Source: a virus | Lineage: Duplodnaviria > Heunggongvirae > Uroviricota > Caudoviricetes | Length of the DNA stretch: 64,000 nt | Strand: one strand, 5' to 3' | IMG/VR virus record: IMGVR_UViG_3300037484_000317 | Part shown: one piece after another, positions 26,534 through 35,491 of the stretch | How positions within the stretch are numbered: position 1 is the first letter of the stretch | Layout: the number at the start of each line of letters is the position of its first letter | The notes under the pieces: model-generated | What the model was told of the DNA's origin: nothing | Seen by the model: only the letters and a program-made list of their open reading frames with translations | Databases searched by the model: none | Translations under genes and position numbers: made by a program

Positions 26534-27873
26534 TCGACCTCAGGCCCGAGTGCTGCACGCACCCTGCTGAGAGCTTCCTTAGCCCCCTTCAGTTCTTGCG
26601 TGGTGTCGAGTAGCGTCTGACGAGACTCCTCAATGATTTCAGAGAGTGACACCCCCATTGTGCGAACAGGGAGATTCACGGTCTGCCAGGCCGCGTCTAA
26701 CTCTTGATTGGCTTGGACCAACTCCTGACGGGCCTTGACCAACTCTTGATTGATGTCACACAGTCTTTCAACGGATCCCATTGCCCGACGTGCAGTCCAT
26801 GTCAGTGGCTCTCCGTTCTGTGGCTTGAGAATTTCAGCCAGTGCATCGATGGTATCCTGTGCGTTCTCGGGCGCACTACAAATACGATCGGCCACACGTA
26901 GGCGCAAAATAGCTTCCACAGCTCGGTCTGTGGTGGCATCGAACGTCTCGACAAGTGCTTCAACGCCAGAGGCGACGACGAGCTTGCTCCACAGATAAGA
27001 GACTGGATCCTTCGGAACCTGATTCAGGTTCATGTTGTTTTGCTTCTGGATCTTGTTAGACCAGTCAGACCTATCGAGTTCTTCCCGTAGGAAACTCACA
27101 GTTGTACGGGATCTTGTTTCAAGATCCGTGAGTGCCTCCCGGAGCCTCTTTATCTCATTCCGGTAGTAGACTGCTTCGGATGAGAATGTGTCTCTCTCCT
27201 GAATCAGACGTTCAACCAGATTGCACACCGAAAGAGTCGGATCCCCCTGTACGTCCTCGCATCGTGGTAATCGAAGTTCAGCGGAGTCCGTCTTCAGTGA
27301 CCTTGCGATTTCCTCAAACTCCCGTACGGTCGGTGCGGAACCAGCTTCGATATCGCCCAAACGTTCCGGTGAAATGGCGGAGAGGGTCGCCACCGAGTTT
27401 ATCTCCAGGCCGAGATCAGTACGACGCTTGCGAATGTTGTAGGCGATGTTCACGCCCGGGGTACTCCAAGACTGCTCTGTCTTGGCCCATTCGCGCAGGG
27501 AGTCCCTCTCGTCAGGGGTGAGGGCGGTCGGGTTCGGCATGGACCATCCCTCTGGCATAACCCACTCCCTGCCACTGTTCTTCGAAGCTCTCGAAGCTGG
27601 ATCGTCCACGAGAGTCTCTGCAACCGTGAGGGAGTACCCCATATTCCTCCGGCAGTGCCCCCTGTAATCCGTCTGATTCAGCCAGTTGTGACCCCACTCC
27701 TGAGCTTCGTTGAAGGTGTCGAATCTCTCAGGGAAGGATCCCCCACCATTCCCGTTCCTGTAGCAAACGTGGAACACCTTTCGCATGTGATTGGCCTGAT
27801 TTGTCATTGCGTCCCTTACGCTTTGCGCACAGAGGACCGACCCCAATGACCAACGTCTCCAATCCTGGACCAC
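26530..27873 (-). CDS. hypothetical protein with XRE-like HTH segment and C-terminal coiled coils
   Basis: LEINSVATLSAISPERLGDIEAGSAPTVREFEEIARSL is HTH-like; the C-terminus is coiled-coil-rich. Confidence 0.5.
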   Translation of the reverse strand: MVQDWRRWSLGSVLCAQSVRDAMTNQANHMRKVFHVCYRNGNGGGSFPERFDTFNEAQEWGHNWLNQTDYRGHCRRNMGYSLTVAETLVDDPASRASKNSGREWVMPEGWSMPNPTALTPDERDSLREWAKTEQSWSTPGVNIAYNIRKRRTDLGLEINSVATLSAISPERLGDIEAGSAPTVREFEEIARSLKTDSAELRLPRCEDVQGDPTLSVCNLVERLIQERDTFSSEAVYYRNEIKRLREALTDLETRSRTTVSFLREELDRSDWSNKIQKQNNMNLNQVPKDPVSYLWSKLVVASGVEALVETFDATTDRAVEAILRLRVADRICSAPENAQDTIDALAEILKPQNGEPLTWTARRAMGSVERLCDINQELVKARQELVQANQELDAAWQTVNLPVRTMGVSLSEIIEESRQTLLDTTQELKGAKEALSRVRAALGPEVE

Positions 27874-28028
27874 TCGGGTAGGGACGAGAGGGTGTCATCC
27901 TCGGTCAGTCGAACCCAACAATCCTGCCCACGTGCTCCGATGAGTACGCCACGCACCTCGCGTAGCATCCCTGTGCCGACACGCGTCCCAGATCCTCGGG
28001 TCACGAAAACTTCAGTTCCAAATCTCAT
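27816..28028 (-). CDS. hypothetical small protein
   Basis: 70-aa ORF preceded by the conserved promoter copy (28037-28078) and AAGGAG RBS. Confidence 0.45.
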   Translation of the reverse strand: MRFGTEVFVTRGSGTRVGTGMLREVRGVLIGARGQDCWVRLTEDDTLSSLPEWSRIGDVGHWGRSSVRKA

Positions 28029-28036
28029 GGCGAATT

Positions 28037-28078
28037 CTCCTTACCTGGGTAACGACTGAGAACCAGTGGATTACACGG
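28037..28078 (-). promoter_or_regulatory. conserved bipartite promoter motif (minus strand)
   Basis: On the minus strand: CGTGTAAT-N15-CGTTACCCAGGTAAGGAG, then ATG of 28028. Confidence 0.55.
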
Positions 28079-28637
28079 ATGAGAGCTTCTTGGCGGCAGG
28101 TTGCGGGGAATCCACAAGAGCCCGAGTGGACCAGTAGACGATGGATTCCGCGAACTGCTGTGCCGTGAAATCCCCACGGGTTCCTCCTTCGAGCACAAGG
28201 AAATTGCGAGCCATGGTCATGGGATCCATGGGCTCCTCCTCCACGGACTCCCGAGCGTTGATGGACACGATCTCGAAATCGCAGTCCGTCGTTGCCTCAT
28301 TCCCTTCCACCAGAACCGCATGGGAGTAGAGCACCACAAAGGCGTACTTGGCCTGTGTCTTCTTGCCTTGGGCTCGGACGCTCAGGTAGGGGGCTTCCGG
28401 TTCCCTACGAGCCCCAAAGACCGCCCTGAGGGGCGTCTCCAGGTTCACCTGCACAGTGCTGGAGCGGAACCTCTCAGGTGGGACAGGGACCAGCAGGACA
28501 CCTGGCTTGTAGCCCTGCTTTCCCTCATGGAAACAGAGGCAGACCAGCTGAATCAGTTCGTCCTCTGTGCCCTCGAAGTGAGAGTACGGGGACTCCGGTG
28601 TCTGTCGACGAACGAAGTCATTGAGTGCGATAGTCAT
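28071..28637 (-). CDS. hypothetical protein
   Basis: 188-aa ORF. Confidence 0.5.
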   Translation of the reverse strand: MTIALNDFVRRQTPESPYSHFEGTEDELIQLVCLCFHEGKQGYKPGVLLVPVPPERFRSSTVQVNLETPLRAVFGARREPEAPYLSVRAQGKKTQAKYAFVVLYSHAVLVEGNEATTDCDFEIVSINARESVEEEPMDPMTMARNFLVLEGGTRGDFTAQQFAESIVYWSTRALVDSPQPAAKKLSSV

Positions 28638-28924
28638 CGGACTCCCTTTCCGGGGCCAGATGCGGCAAAACGCTGTGCCAGCATCCTTCCAATCACCTCA
28701 CCCCGTTGCTTCAGCTCTTGCATCCTAGATTGGGTCACTGGGTCACAACCATTGAAGGTCGCCCCTGCAAGGAATCCGATGCAGTAACGGTACAGGCCCC
28801 AATTTACGGTGGCCTGATGTAGGTCCCCAGAGGACATGGACACCTTCTGATTGCACGCTCTGCGCAACCTGATAAGCGAGTTGTCCGCATCGTCCAAGGC
28901 GGTCTTGATGTCGTCTTCTCTCAT
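28634..28924 (-). CDS. hypothetical protein
   Basis: 96-aa ORF. Confidence 0.45.
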   Translation of the reverse strand: MREDDIKTALDDADNSLIRLRRACNQKVSMSSGDLHQATVNWGLYRYCIGFLAGATFNGCDPVTQSRMQELKQRGEVIGRMLAQRFAASGPGKGVR

Positions 28925-29259
28925 GGTTGCTTCTTCCCAGCATTTCGCATCTCGGCTGCTTCAAGGGTAAACAGCCACGTCTCGATGCGTTCTTTCGCCT
29001 CTACCAGACCCAGGCCACACTCTTCTCGCAGGATCCTGATTGCCGAGATCTTCGAACTGGTGGAGTTAAAAGGATTCTCCAATCCGAGAGCAACCCGCTT
29101 CACTAGATGGCTCATCCCAGGACGGGGGCCCAGATGGTTCTGGAGTTCGGCTGCTAGTTGTACGTTCGCTGCCTCTGCGTCTCCCACTCGCTTTTTCAGC
29201 TTGCGGATCTCTTCCTTGAGGGCGAGGATCTCAGCTTCGTGGCTACCGAGCATGGTCAT
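28921..29259 (-). CDS. coiled-coil protein with ribosomal L7/L12 C-terminal-like domain
   Basis: KISAIRILREECGLGLVEAKERIE resembles the L7/L12 C-terminal motif (KIAVIKAVR..TGLGLKEAKDLVE). The N-terminus is coiled coil. Confidence 0.5.
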   Translation of the reverse strand: MTMLGSHEAEILALKEEIRKLKKRVGDAEAANVQLAAELQNHLGPRPGMSHLVKRVALGLENPFNSTSSKISAIRILREECGLGLVEAKERIETWLFTLEAAEMRNAGKKQP

Positions 29260-29429
29260 ACAGGAGCCTTTCGTGATCCCAGGTTACCCGATTCGCGGTG
29301 CTCCGCGCACGCTGCACACAGCGGGTCATCCGCAAGTGCGACTTCATCGCAGTGACGCAGCCGTGTCATGCCCCACTCAGCGTTCGTGTCCGTTCGGTAC
29401 TTGACGTACCCCTTACAATGGTTGGTCAT
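29256..29429 (-). CDS. small Cys-rich protein, tandem paralog of 29426..29629 (approximate coordinates)
   Basis: Hand-translated 57-aa ORF MTNHCKGYVKYRTDTNAEWGMTRLRHCDEVALADDPLCAACAEH…. It shares CKGYV(K/R)(F/Y)R…CD…D.LC.ACA.H with the adjacent gene, and its stop overlaps the next gene's ATG. Confidence 0.4.
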   Translation of the reverse strand: MTNHCKGYVKYRTDTNAEWGMTRLRHCDEVALADDPLCAACAEHRESGNLGSRKAPV

Positions 29430-29629
29430 GCGCGAACCTTACGGCAAGAGGAGGCAGAGAAACTCCGCCTCGCGTGGGCAGCACATGCCTTACACAGTCC
29501 ATCTTCAATGGCCAGCCCGTCACAGGGGCGCAATCGGGACTTGCCCCCGAACGCCTCACCCTTGGGGATGCGGAATCTGACGTAACCCTTGCAGGGTCCG
29601 TTGACCACCTCGCTGGGACTTGAATTCAT
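29426..29629 (-). CDS. small Cys-rich protein
   Basis: 67-aa ORF containing CKGYVRFR…CDG…LCKACAAH. Confidence 0.45.
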   Translation of the reverse strand: MNSSPSEVVNGPCKGYVRFRIPKGEAFGGKSRLRPCDGLAIEDGLCKACAAHARRSFSASSCRKVRA

Positions 29630-29635
29630 GTGTGG

Positions 29636-29761
29636 TTACCAGAACTTAGCCAGGAAGTGGCACAGAACGTACAGGCCAGCCACGAACCCCACCACAGTAG
29701 CGACCCCGATGATGTTGATCATCAGCTCGATCGACGTGTACCCTGCGTTCCGCTTGTTCAT
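29636..29761 (-). CDS. 41-aa prepilin/type-IV-pilin-like peptide
   Basis: MNKRNAG|YTSIELMINIIGVATVVGFVAG is a near match to the class-III signal / N-methylation motif (G-F/Y-T-x-I-E-L-hydrophobic). It has its own promoter copy (29790-29832). Confidence 0.45.
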   Translation of the reverse strand: MNKRNAGYTSIELMINIIGVATVVGFVAGLYVLCHFLAKFW

Positions 29762-29789
29762 TGTGTTGTGTCCTTTTGGTTGGTCATCT

Positions 29790-29832
29790 TCCCTACGCCC
29801 TGGTAACGAACGGGCTGGAAGATTTACACGAT
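29790..29832 (-). promoter_or_regulatory. conserved bipartite promoter motif (minus strand) for the pilin-like gene
   Basis: On the minus strand: CGTGTAAA-N14-CGTTACC, then AGGGCGTAGGGAAG, then ATG. Confidence 0.55.
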
Positions 29833-29853
29833 CCGGACGAAAGATTCTCCGAA

Positions 29854-29896
29854 ACGTGTAAGGAGAGGAAGGTCGACCGTTGCCAGGGCGAGGAAG
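29854..29896 (+). promoter_or_regulatory. conserved bipartite promoter motif (plus strand), divergent partner
   Basis: CGTGTAAG-N14-CCGTTGCC AGGGCGAGGAAG precedes the ATG at 29908. Confidence 0.55.
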
Positions 29897-29907
29897 CCGC
29901 ATTCAAA

Positions 29908-30315
29908 ATGAGCCGCAAGTACAAGACCAAGAGAAAGTCGCAGATGGATGCCCAAGTGGCGTACTTATGTAAGTTGCTTGTTCACGCGACGGACCAGCTC
30001 TACTCAATGGCCTTGGAGCGTACATGTGTCAGACCTTATGGTCCGGATGACCCCAGGGCGTTCGAGTGGATGAGTAAGATTCGGCCAGGTGATATGGTCG
30101 TAGAGAAGACCTCATTCAGACTGAACCCCGAAAGACTTGGCCGTATCCTTGCGATAGAAGAAAGCAAGAATTTGTACTGGCTGGTACTGGCTGATGGTCG
30201 GGTTGTCTCCTGGTCAAACTGCTCGTTCGTTCGCATTCCAGACCTTCGACACTGGAGGGGTTTGCCTATGAAGAAGTCGGGGGACCCGGATCCGGACACT
30301 GAGGATTGGGGATGA
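29908..30315 (+). CDS. hypothetical protein
   Basis: Internal ATG (MSRKYKTKRKSQ…) downstream of the promoter motif. Confidence 0.5.
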   Translation: MSRKYKTKRKSQMDAQVAYLCKLLVHATDQLYSMALERTCVRPYGPDDPRAFEWMSKIRPGDMVVEKTSFRLNPERLGRILAIEESKNLYWLVLADGRVVSWSNCSFVRIPDLRHWRGLPMKKSGDPDPDTEDWG

Positions 30316-30332
30316 AAGGAGTAAGACGATCA

Positions 30333-30581
30333 ATGAAGCCACGCACCGTAACACTCGCCGATGGGCGCGAGGTTCTGAACCGACCCCTCCGGCGTATCGG
30401 TGGTAAAGACGCCTCACAGAACGAACGCGAGCCCAAGATGCAGCGTTTTCGCAGTGGGACCGGGGAGACGCGCGATCTCGGGTGGCAATGGCAGTGCCGA
30501 TGCGGAAACACGGGAGCGAAGAAGTACATGAGCGCGTGGTGGTGCCCAGCCTGCGGACGCGAAAAGGGCGCGGCGTTTTGA
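30333..30581 (+). CDS. small zinc-ribbon protein
   Basis: Contains CRCGNTGAKKYMSAWWCPACG. Confidence 0.4.
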   Translation: MKPRTVTLADGREVLNRPLRRIGGKDASQNEREPKMQRFRSGTGETRDLGWQWQCRCGNTGAKKYMSAWWCPACGREKGAAF

Positions 30582-30609
30582 TGGGCGACACAACGTGGAT
30601 GGGCGACCA

Positions 30610-30882
30610 ATGAAGCTAAGTCAAATACAGTTCGACCTGCTCCGTGCTATCGCCAGCTCCGCTTCCAAGCGAATCGTTACGATCGGTGGTGGCTACTGGG
30701 CTGTAGATGGTGTTCGTGTGTCGGAGGGAGCACGTACGGTGCACGCGCTTGAGAGACGGGAACTCGTAGCGAAGCTCCCAGGCGCCAGATACAGTTCGAC
30801 CTACGAGTTGACGAAACTCGGTGTGATCCTGTTGTTGGATGCAGGGATGCACATTGGTTCCGAGGGACGGATGGCGCCATGA
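30610..30882 (+). CDS. small winged-helix-like protein
   Basis: QFDLLRAIASS…RTVHALERRELVA is wH-like. Confidence 0.4.
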   Translation: MKLSQIQFDLLRAIASSASKRIVTIGGGYWAVDGVRVSEGARTVHALERRELVAKLPGARYSSTYELTKLGVILLLDAGMHIGSEGRMAP

Positions 30883-31328
30883 CTGGACCGTATCGACCTG
30901 TGCCCCAAGCTCCGAAACAAGCGGTCTGCGCTCTTCTGACCAGGAACACTGGGCAAATCCTCGGTGTGTCGAGAAGGGGGAAGCCCGACGACATGAACTT
31001 GCCTGGGGGAAAGGTAGACCCTGGTGAGTCCCTCGAACAGGCTTGTGTCCGAGAGGTCTTTGAGGAGACCGGACTTCACATCTCCAATCTCCAGCTCGTG
31101 TTCCATCGTCTGTGTGACGGGGAGACCCCGTATGAGGCGTACACTTATACTGCCAACTTCACGGGAATTCCCTCCACACAGGAAGAGGGGCTCCATGTGA
31201 GGTGGATTGAATGGGAAGATTTACTCAAACCGTCCAACACGTTTGCTGTGTACAACAACCAGCTCTTTCGGTGTTACGCAGACAAGATCTACACGGACAG
31301 AATTGCTTCAGGTAGAACTCGACCATGA
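30879..31328 (+). CDS. Nudix hydrolase
   Basis: Nudix box GGKVDPGESLEQACVREVFEETGL (GX5EX7REUXEEXGU). Confidence 0.75.
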   Translation: MTGPYRPVPQAPKQAVCALLTRNTGQILGVSRRGKPDDMNLPGGKVDPGESLEQACVREVFEETGLHISNLQLVFHRLCDGETPYEAYTYTANFTGIPSTQEEGLHVRWIEWEDLLKPSNTFAVYNNQLFRCYADKIYTDRIASGRTRP

Positions 31329-32308
31329 CTGAACGACACCCTCATCGAGACCTTGTGGTAGTGGGTTACGGCGGGGAGCTGGGTCCACGCAAAATCCCCT
31401 ACCTAGTCACCCCACTGTACGCCATTGAATCCATACCTCGTCGGCGCACTGGCCCTTGTACCATTCTCATGCCGCCCTATGAAGAAAACGAAGATGGGGT
31501 TGTGGCTGACGGGTACACGACATTTCAGCACTTACGAGATCTAGCGGAGACTGGTGACGCTACCCTTCTTCCGCAACCAGTTCAAGCACTCCACAACGGG
31601 TGTTTGTACGGGCCTGTTGGAGAGGGCCCAGTTGTCTACACGACTCGTGCTTTGGCACTCCTCATACTAACGGACTTCGCGACACTCAAGAGAAACGCTG
31701 GTGATTCCCTACGAGATGCGGGGCACTTGTCGGCTGCCTTAGAGCAGTACGAACTCGCTGCGGCTGTCTCACAAGATCCTGTTGACTACAAGCGAATGTT
31801 GCTCTGTGAGCCATTTCTAAGTGAGAGTCGAAAGAGGCGTATCACTGCCTGGAGTGAGGGGGGGCGCTCTATCTTGACAGATGCTCCGCCCGAGGTTCCA
31901 AGCGGTCCGGAGGGAACAAATGTCGATGACATCGTTAACCTTTGCGACTTGCCGGATGGCTCGGTTGTGGACTTCGCAGGTTTCAAGTACACACTGGGCC
32001 CTGTCGTTTTCAACGCGTTGGGAAATGAGCGGACATTGTTGGGGGGCGAAGGGGGTGTGCGAACGTGCTCTGCAAAAGCAATCGCCCGCCTCGTTTCGGT
32101 GCCCACACCACCCAAAGAGCCTGTGATGATGTCCTTCCGGGCGTTCGTCTACCATATGCTCCGGGATTGTGTCCCGGCTGGGGAGATCGAACGCTGGGTC
32201 CAGGACATCGAGAAGAACCCTCCCCCATGGGAGTTCTCCAACAAGCACCTGGCAGCCTATGCCACGGAAATCTGCGAACGACTTTCCAAGGTTGCCCCCT
32301 CTGAGTAA
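31325..32308 (+). CDS. hypothetical protein
   Basis: 327-aa ORF. Confidence 0.5.
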   Translation: MTERHPHRDLVVVGYGGELGPRKIPYLVTPLYAIESIPRRRTGPCTILMPPYEENEDGVVADGYTTFQHLRDLAETGDATLLPQPVQALHNGCLYGPVGEGPVVYTTRALALLILTDFATLKRNAGDSLRDAGHLSAALEQYELAAAVSQDPVDYKRMLLCEPFLSESRKRRITAWSEGGRSILTDAPPEVPSGPEGTNVDDIVNLCDLPDGSVVDFAGFKYTLGPVVFNALGNERTLLGGEGGVRTCSAKAIARLVSVPTPPKEPVMMSFRAFVYHMLRDCVPAGEIERWVQDIEKNPPPWEFSNKHLAAYATEICERLSKVAPSE

Positions 32309-32385
32309 AACCCCAGGTATAGTCTATCACTCGGTACAGGGACCACCGGGTTACACACGGTCCCAACACACGGGAGAGACAGTAC

Positions 32386-32592
32386 ATGGGCAATTCCAAT
32401 GCATACGAGATCAGGCACGCACTTCTTTCACAGGCAAAAGACATGCTCTTCGAGGAGTGGCATGGTGTCGTCAATGTAGAAGCGATGGCGGCTAACTTTG
32501 AAAATCGTGCTCCGAAGCCGGTTCCGGCTCCAACTGTGGCTGAAGTCAAGAGTGTCGCTGAGAGCCTCTACGAATTCGTGCAGAAGAGGTAA
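32386..32592 (+). CDS. hypothetical small protein
   Basis: 68-aa ORF followed by a strong terminator. Confidence 0.45.
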   Translation: MGNSNAYEIRHALLSQAKDMLFEEWHGVVNVEAMAANFENRAPKPVPAPTVAEVKSVAESLYEFVQKR

Positions 32593-32618
32593 ACCACTTC
32601 AAGGCTGGCCGGAAACAA

Positions 32619-32650
32619 GGGGGCGGGGGATTTGATCCCCTGCCCCTTTT
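32619..32650. terminator. bidirectional rho-independent terminator between convergent genes
   Basis: GGGGCGGGGGA-TTTGA-TCCCCTGCCCC: an 11-bp stem with one G-U pair and a 5-nt loop, followed by TTTT. Its reverse complement is also followed by T-rich sequence. Confidence 0.6.
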
Positions 32651-33032
32651 ACTTGCGGCGTGTCTTGGTTGGGTTTTGGCGGTGCTTCCGAGGTCGGTCT
32701 TCCTCCTTCACGAATGCTTCCCAGTCCTCCCGAGTCACTCCCTGAATTGCTCCCGCATGCATGAGGATCGTGCCCAAGCCGAACGCGGCCCCTGTGATAA
32801 ATCCGTGGTTGACACGACGGGATAATGTCCCGTTCTGGATCATCATTGTCTCCACAACGTGGAGCGCCTCATGGAGGAGGATGATGACTTTTCCCATTTC
32901 AGACTGACCTGGCTTGAGGGAGAGCACCCCAGTCGCCTCGTCCCAGCTCCCAAGGGCGTCGGGGATCTCTTGCTCTTTGATTGTGATTGGGGCTCCCAGG
33001 GATCGGAAGGTGACTGGTAGTTTCATAGCCAA
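32649..33032 (-). CDS. hypothetical protein
   Basis: 127-aa ORF on the opposite strand within the plus block. Confidence 0.45.
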   Translation of the reverse strand: MAMKLPVTFRSLGAPITIKEQEIPDALGSWDEATGVLSLKPGQSEMGKVIILLHEALHVVETMMIQNGTLSRRVNHGFITGAAFGLGTILMHAGAIQGVTREDWEAFVKEEDRPRKHRQNPTKTRRK

Positions 33033-33058
33033 CTTTACACTTCAAAGGCGTAAGAGAA

Positions 33059-33106
33059 TCGTGTAAAAGTTCTTCTCCGCCCCGTTACTAAGAAGAGAGA
33101 GGTGGC
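33059..33106 (+). promoter_or_regulatory. conserved bipartite promoter motif upstream of ligA
   Basis: CGTGTAAA-N14-CCGTTAC, then AAGAAGAGAGAGGTGG RBS. Confidence 0.55.
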
Positions 33107-33117
33107 CCATTGCCGCC

Positions 33118-35025
33118 TTGGGAGCCCTTGTGACCGAAAGCTCAATCAAAAAGCAGCTCGCCGACGCACTCGCCGACCTCCGCCATGCCTACTACAACAC
33201 GGGCGAGCCTCTCATGGACGATGATGAGTTCGACGCTCTCGTAGAACGCGCTCGTGCCATGGGCCTCGACGTGGATTCGGTTGTAGGGGCCCCCACGGAA
33301 GGGTCCGTTCCCCACAAGACCCCCATGCTGTCCCTTGAAAAGGTGACGACGGCTGAGGGTGTACGGAAGTTCGTGTCGGAGGTCGGTCGCGGGCAGGTCT
33401 TGCTCATCCAGTGCAAGTTCGATGGTGTGAGCCTCTCCCTGCACTACGAGAGTGGCAAGCTTGAGAGGGCCCTGACGCGTGGGGACGGCATGTCGGGCGA
33501 GGACGTGACGCACATCGTTTCGCTCCTGCCCAGCGTGCCCACGGCGCTTCCGGGTGCCGATGCTCCCGGTGCATTCACGGGGGAGATTCGCGGTGAGGTG
33601 GTCATCCACAAGGTGGACCTTCACGCCAAGTTCAAGAACACCCGCAATGCTGTGAGCGGTCTGCTCAACGCCCGAACGAAGTCCCCTGGAGACGCAGCCA
33701 AGTACAAGTGCCGCTTCTACGCATTTGAATTGCTGCATGCTCCCCGAGTAGAGAAGTACAGCCTTAAGGCATGGGGATTCTCTCAGCCCACAGGGTACTC
33801 GTGCACCACCTTCGAGGAGGTCTACGAACACATCCAGACCATCTTGGCGGGGCGCTCGGATCTCCCATACAGCATTGACGGTGTGGTGGTCAAGGTCGTG
33901 GACCTTGAGGTCCGTGCCAAGCTCGGCAATCGAAGCAACTCCCCCCGCTGGGCGTTCGCCTTCAAGCCGGAATCCGAGACGGCTGTGACCCGGCTCAATG
34001 GTGTGACGTGGCAGGTCGGTTCCGGTGGCCAGGTGACGCCTGTAGCCGAGCTGGAGCCCGTGGATCTGATGGGTACTACCATCGCTCGTGCTTCGCTGCA
34101 CAATCCCCTCCAGATTCAGACGCTGGGCATCTGCATCGGCGATGAGGTCGTCATCAAGCGGGCGAATGACGTGATCCCTCAGGTGGTTCGTGTCTCTGTG
34201 CCTGCCGCAGAGCGGGCTAGGATCGTCACACCGTCCGTGTGTCCCGCATGTGCGACGCGTCTCGTGCAGGAAGGCAACAGCCAGCAGGTCCAGTGCCCAG
34301 ATATCAGTGTGTGCCCGGCACAGATCTGTGGCCGCCTTCTCAAGTGGGCAGCACGCCCCGCTGCGGACATGGACGCCATCGGTCCCGTGTGGGTCGAGAA
34401 GTTCGTGGACAGTGGACTGGTGAAGTCCCCCGCTGACTTCTACACCCTGACAGAAGCCAGGCTCTCGGGCCTGGAAGGTATGGGACCGAAAAATCCCGCG
34501 AAGTTCCTCAAGAATATCGAGAAGTCCAAGGCTCTCGGTATGCGTCGGGCTCTCATCGGGTTTGCAATCCACAATGCCAGCGATGGTACAGCCAAGCGTC
34601 TCTGCTGGAACTTCAAGACGGTGGAAGAGGTGGCTACTGCCACTGAGGGACAGCTGATGTCCATCGAAGACATCGGACCTGTCGTCGCAGCGAGCATTCG
34701 ACAGTTTTTCCAGAGCGCAGGGTCGTTGCTCACGGGTCTTCGGACGGCGGGTGTGAACCTCGACCGTCTCCCAGAGGATGCCCCGGCTTCTGCCAATGCC
34801 TCCCTCGTGGGCAAGACCTTCGTGATCACGGGTGCCGTGAGTAATGGCCGCGCAGCCTTCTCCAAGGAGCTGGAGGTGCTTGGCGCCAAGGTGAGTAGCT
34901 CGGTAAGTGCCAACACGACCGCGCTCATCACGGACGATCCTGACGCAACCAGCGGCAAGGCGAAGCAGGCGAGAGACCTGGGCATTCCGTTCCTGACGGA
35001 GGCCCAAGTTCGGGCGATGTTCTGA
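33118..35025 (+). CDS. ligA: NAD-dependent DNA ligase
   Basis: Adenylation motif CKFDGVS (KxDG), an OB/zinc finger CPACATRLVQEGNSQQVQCPD…CPAQ, HhH and C-terminal BRCT-like segments. The start is TTG per the track; a GTG at 33130 is an alternative. Confidence 0.8.
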   Translation: MGALVTESSIKKQLADALADLRHAYYNTGEPLMDDDEFDALVERARAMGLDVDSVVGAPTEGSVPHKTPMLSLEKVTTAEGVRKFVSEVGRGQVLLIQCKFDGVSLSLHYESGKLERALTRGDGMSGEDVTHIVSLLPSVPTALPGADAPGAFTGEIRGEVVIHKVDLHAKFKNTRNAVSGLLNARTKSPGDAAKYKCRFYAFELLHAPRVEKYSLKAWGFSQPTGYSCTTFEEVYEHIQTILAGRSDLPYSIDGVVVKVVDLEVRAKLGNRSNSPRWAFAFKPESETAVTRLNGVTWQVGSGGQVTPVAELEPVDLMGTTIARASLHNPLQIQTLGICIGDEVVIKRANDVIPQVVRVSVPAAERARIVTPSVCPACATRLVQEGNSQQVQCPDISVCPAQICGRLLKWAARPAADMDAIGPVWVEKFVDSGLVKSPADFYTLTEARLSGLEGMGPKNPAKFLKNIEKSKALGMRRALIGFAIHNASDGTAKRLCWNFKTVEEVATATEGQLMSIEDIGPVVAASIRQFFQSAGSLLTGLRTAGVNLDRLPEDAPASANASLVGKTFVITGAVSNGRAAFSKELEVLGAKVSSSVSANTTALITDDPDATSGKAKQARDLGIPFLTEAQVRAMF

Positions 35026-35037
35026 GGGAAGAACCTA

Positions 35038-35460
35038 GTGACTGGTGAACTCGTGCCAAACAACTTTGGGGAAATGGTCCCAACACGCAATTGCCACGCC
35101 CTCAAGAAGGGCAGTGGGTTCAACCGTGGGTATTGCGAGCGATCTGGGCAAGCTGAGTACGCAGGTCGTTGTTGGCAGCATCGGCCACTCGCACGCGATG
35201 AGAAAGAGGCGGTTCGAAAGGCCAAGATTGCCAAGACTCGTGCAACTGACTGGTACGAGACTGAACTCGCTGCACTGCGTGTAGCACGAATAGCGTATGA
35301 GAAGAAGAGCGAGGAATTGCTCGAATGGCTCAGTAGCAACAAGGCGACGCTTCCGAAGGCGATTCGTGCTCGTGTAGAGGAGGTCGACGTGCTCAACGAT
35401 GCGTGGATCGACGCAGACGCTAACGTAGACCTCGCCAGAGAAGCGCTGGGTGCCCTGTGA
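35038..35460 (+). CDS. hypothetical protein
   Basis: 140-aa ORF. Confidence 0.45.
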   Translation: MTGELVPNNFGEMVPTRNCHALKKGSGFNRGYCERSGQAEYAGRCWQHRPLARDEKEAVRKAKIAKTRATDWYETELAALRVARIAYEKKSEELLEWLSSNKATLPKAIRARVEEVDVLNDAWIDADANVDLAREALGAL

Positions 35461-35491
35461 ATGGCCAAATCGGATTCTGAAAGGTGTAGTG

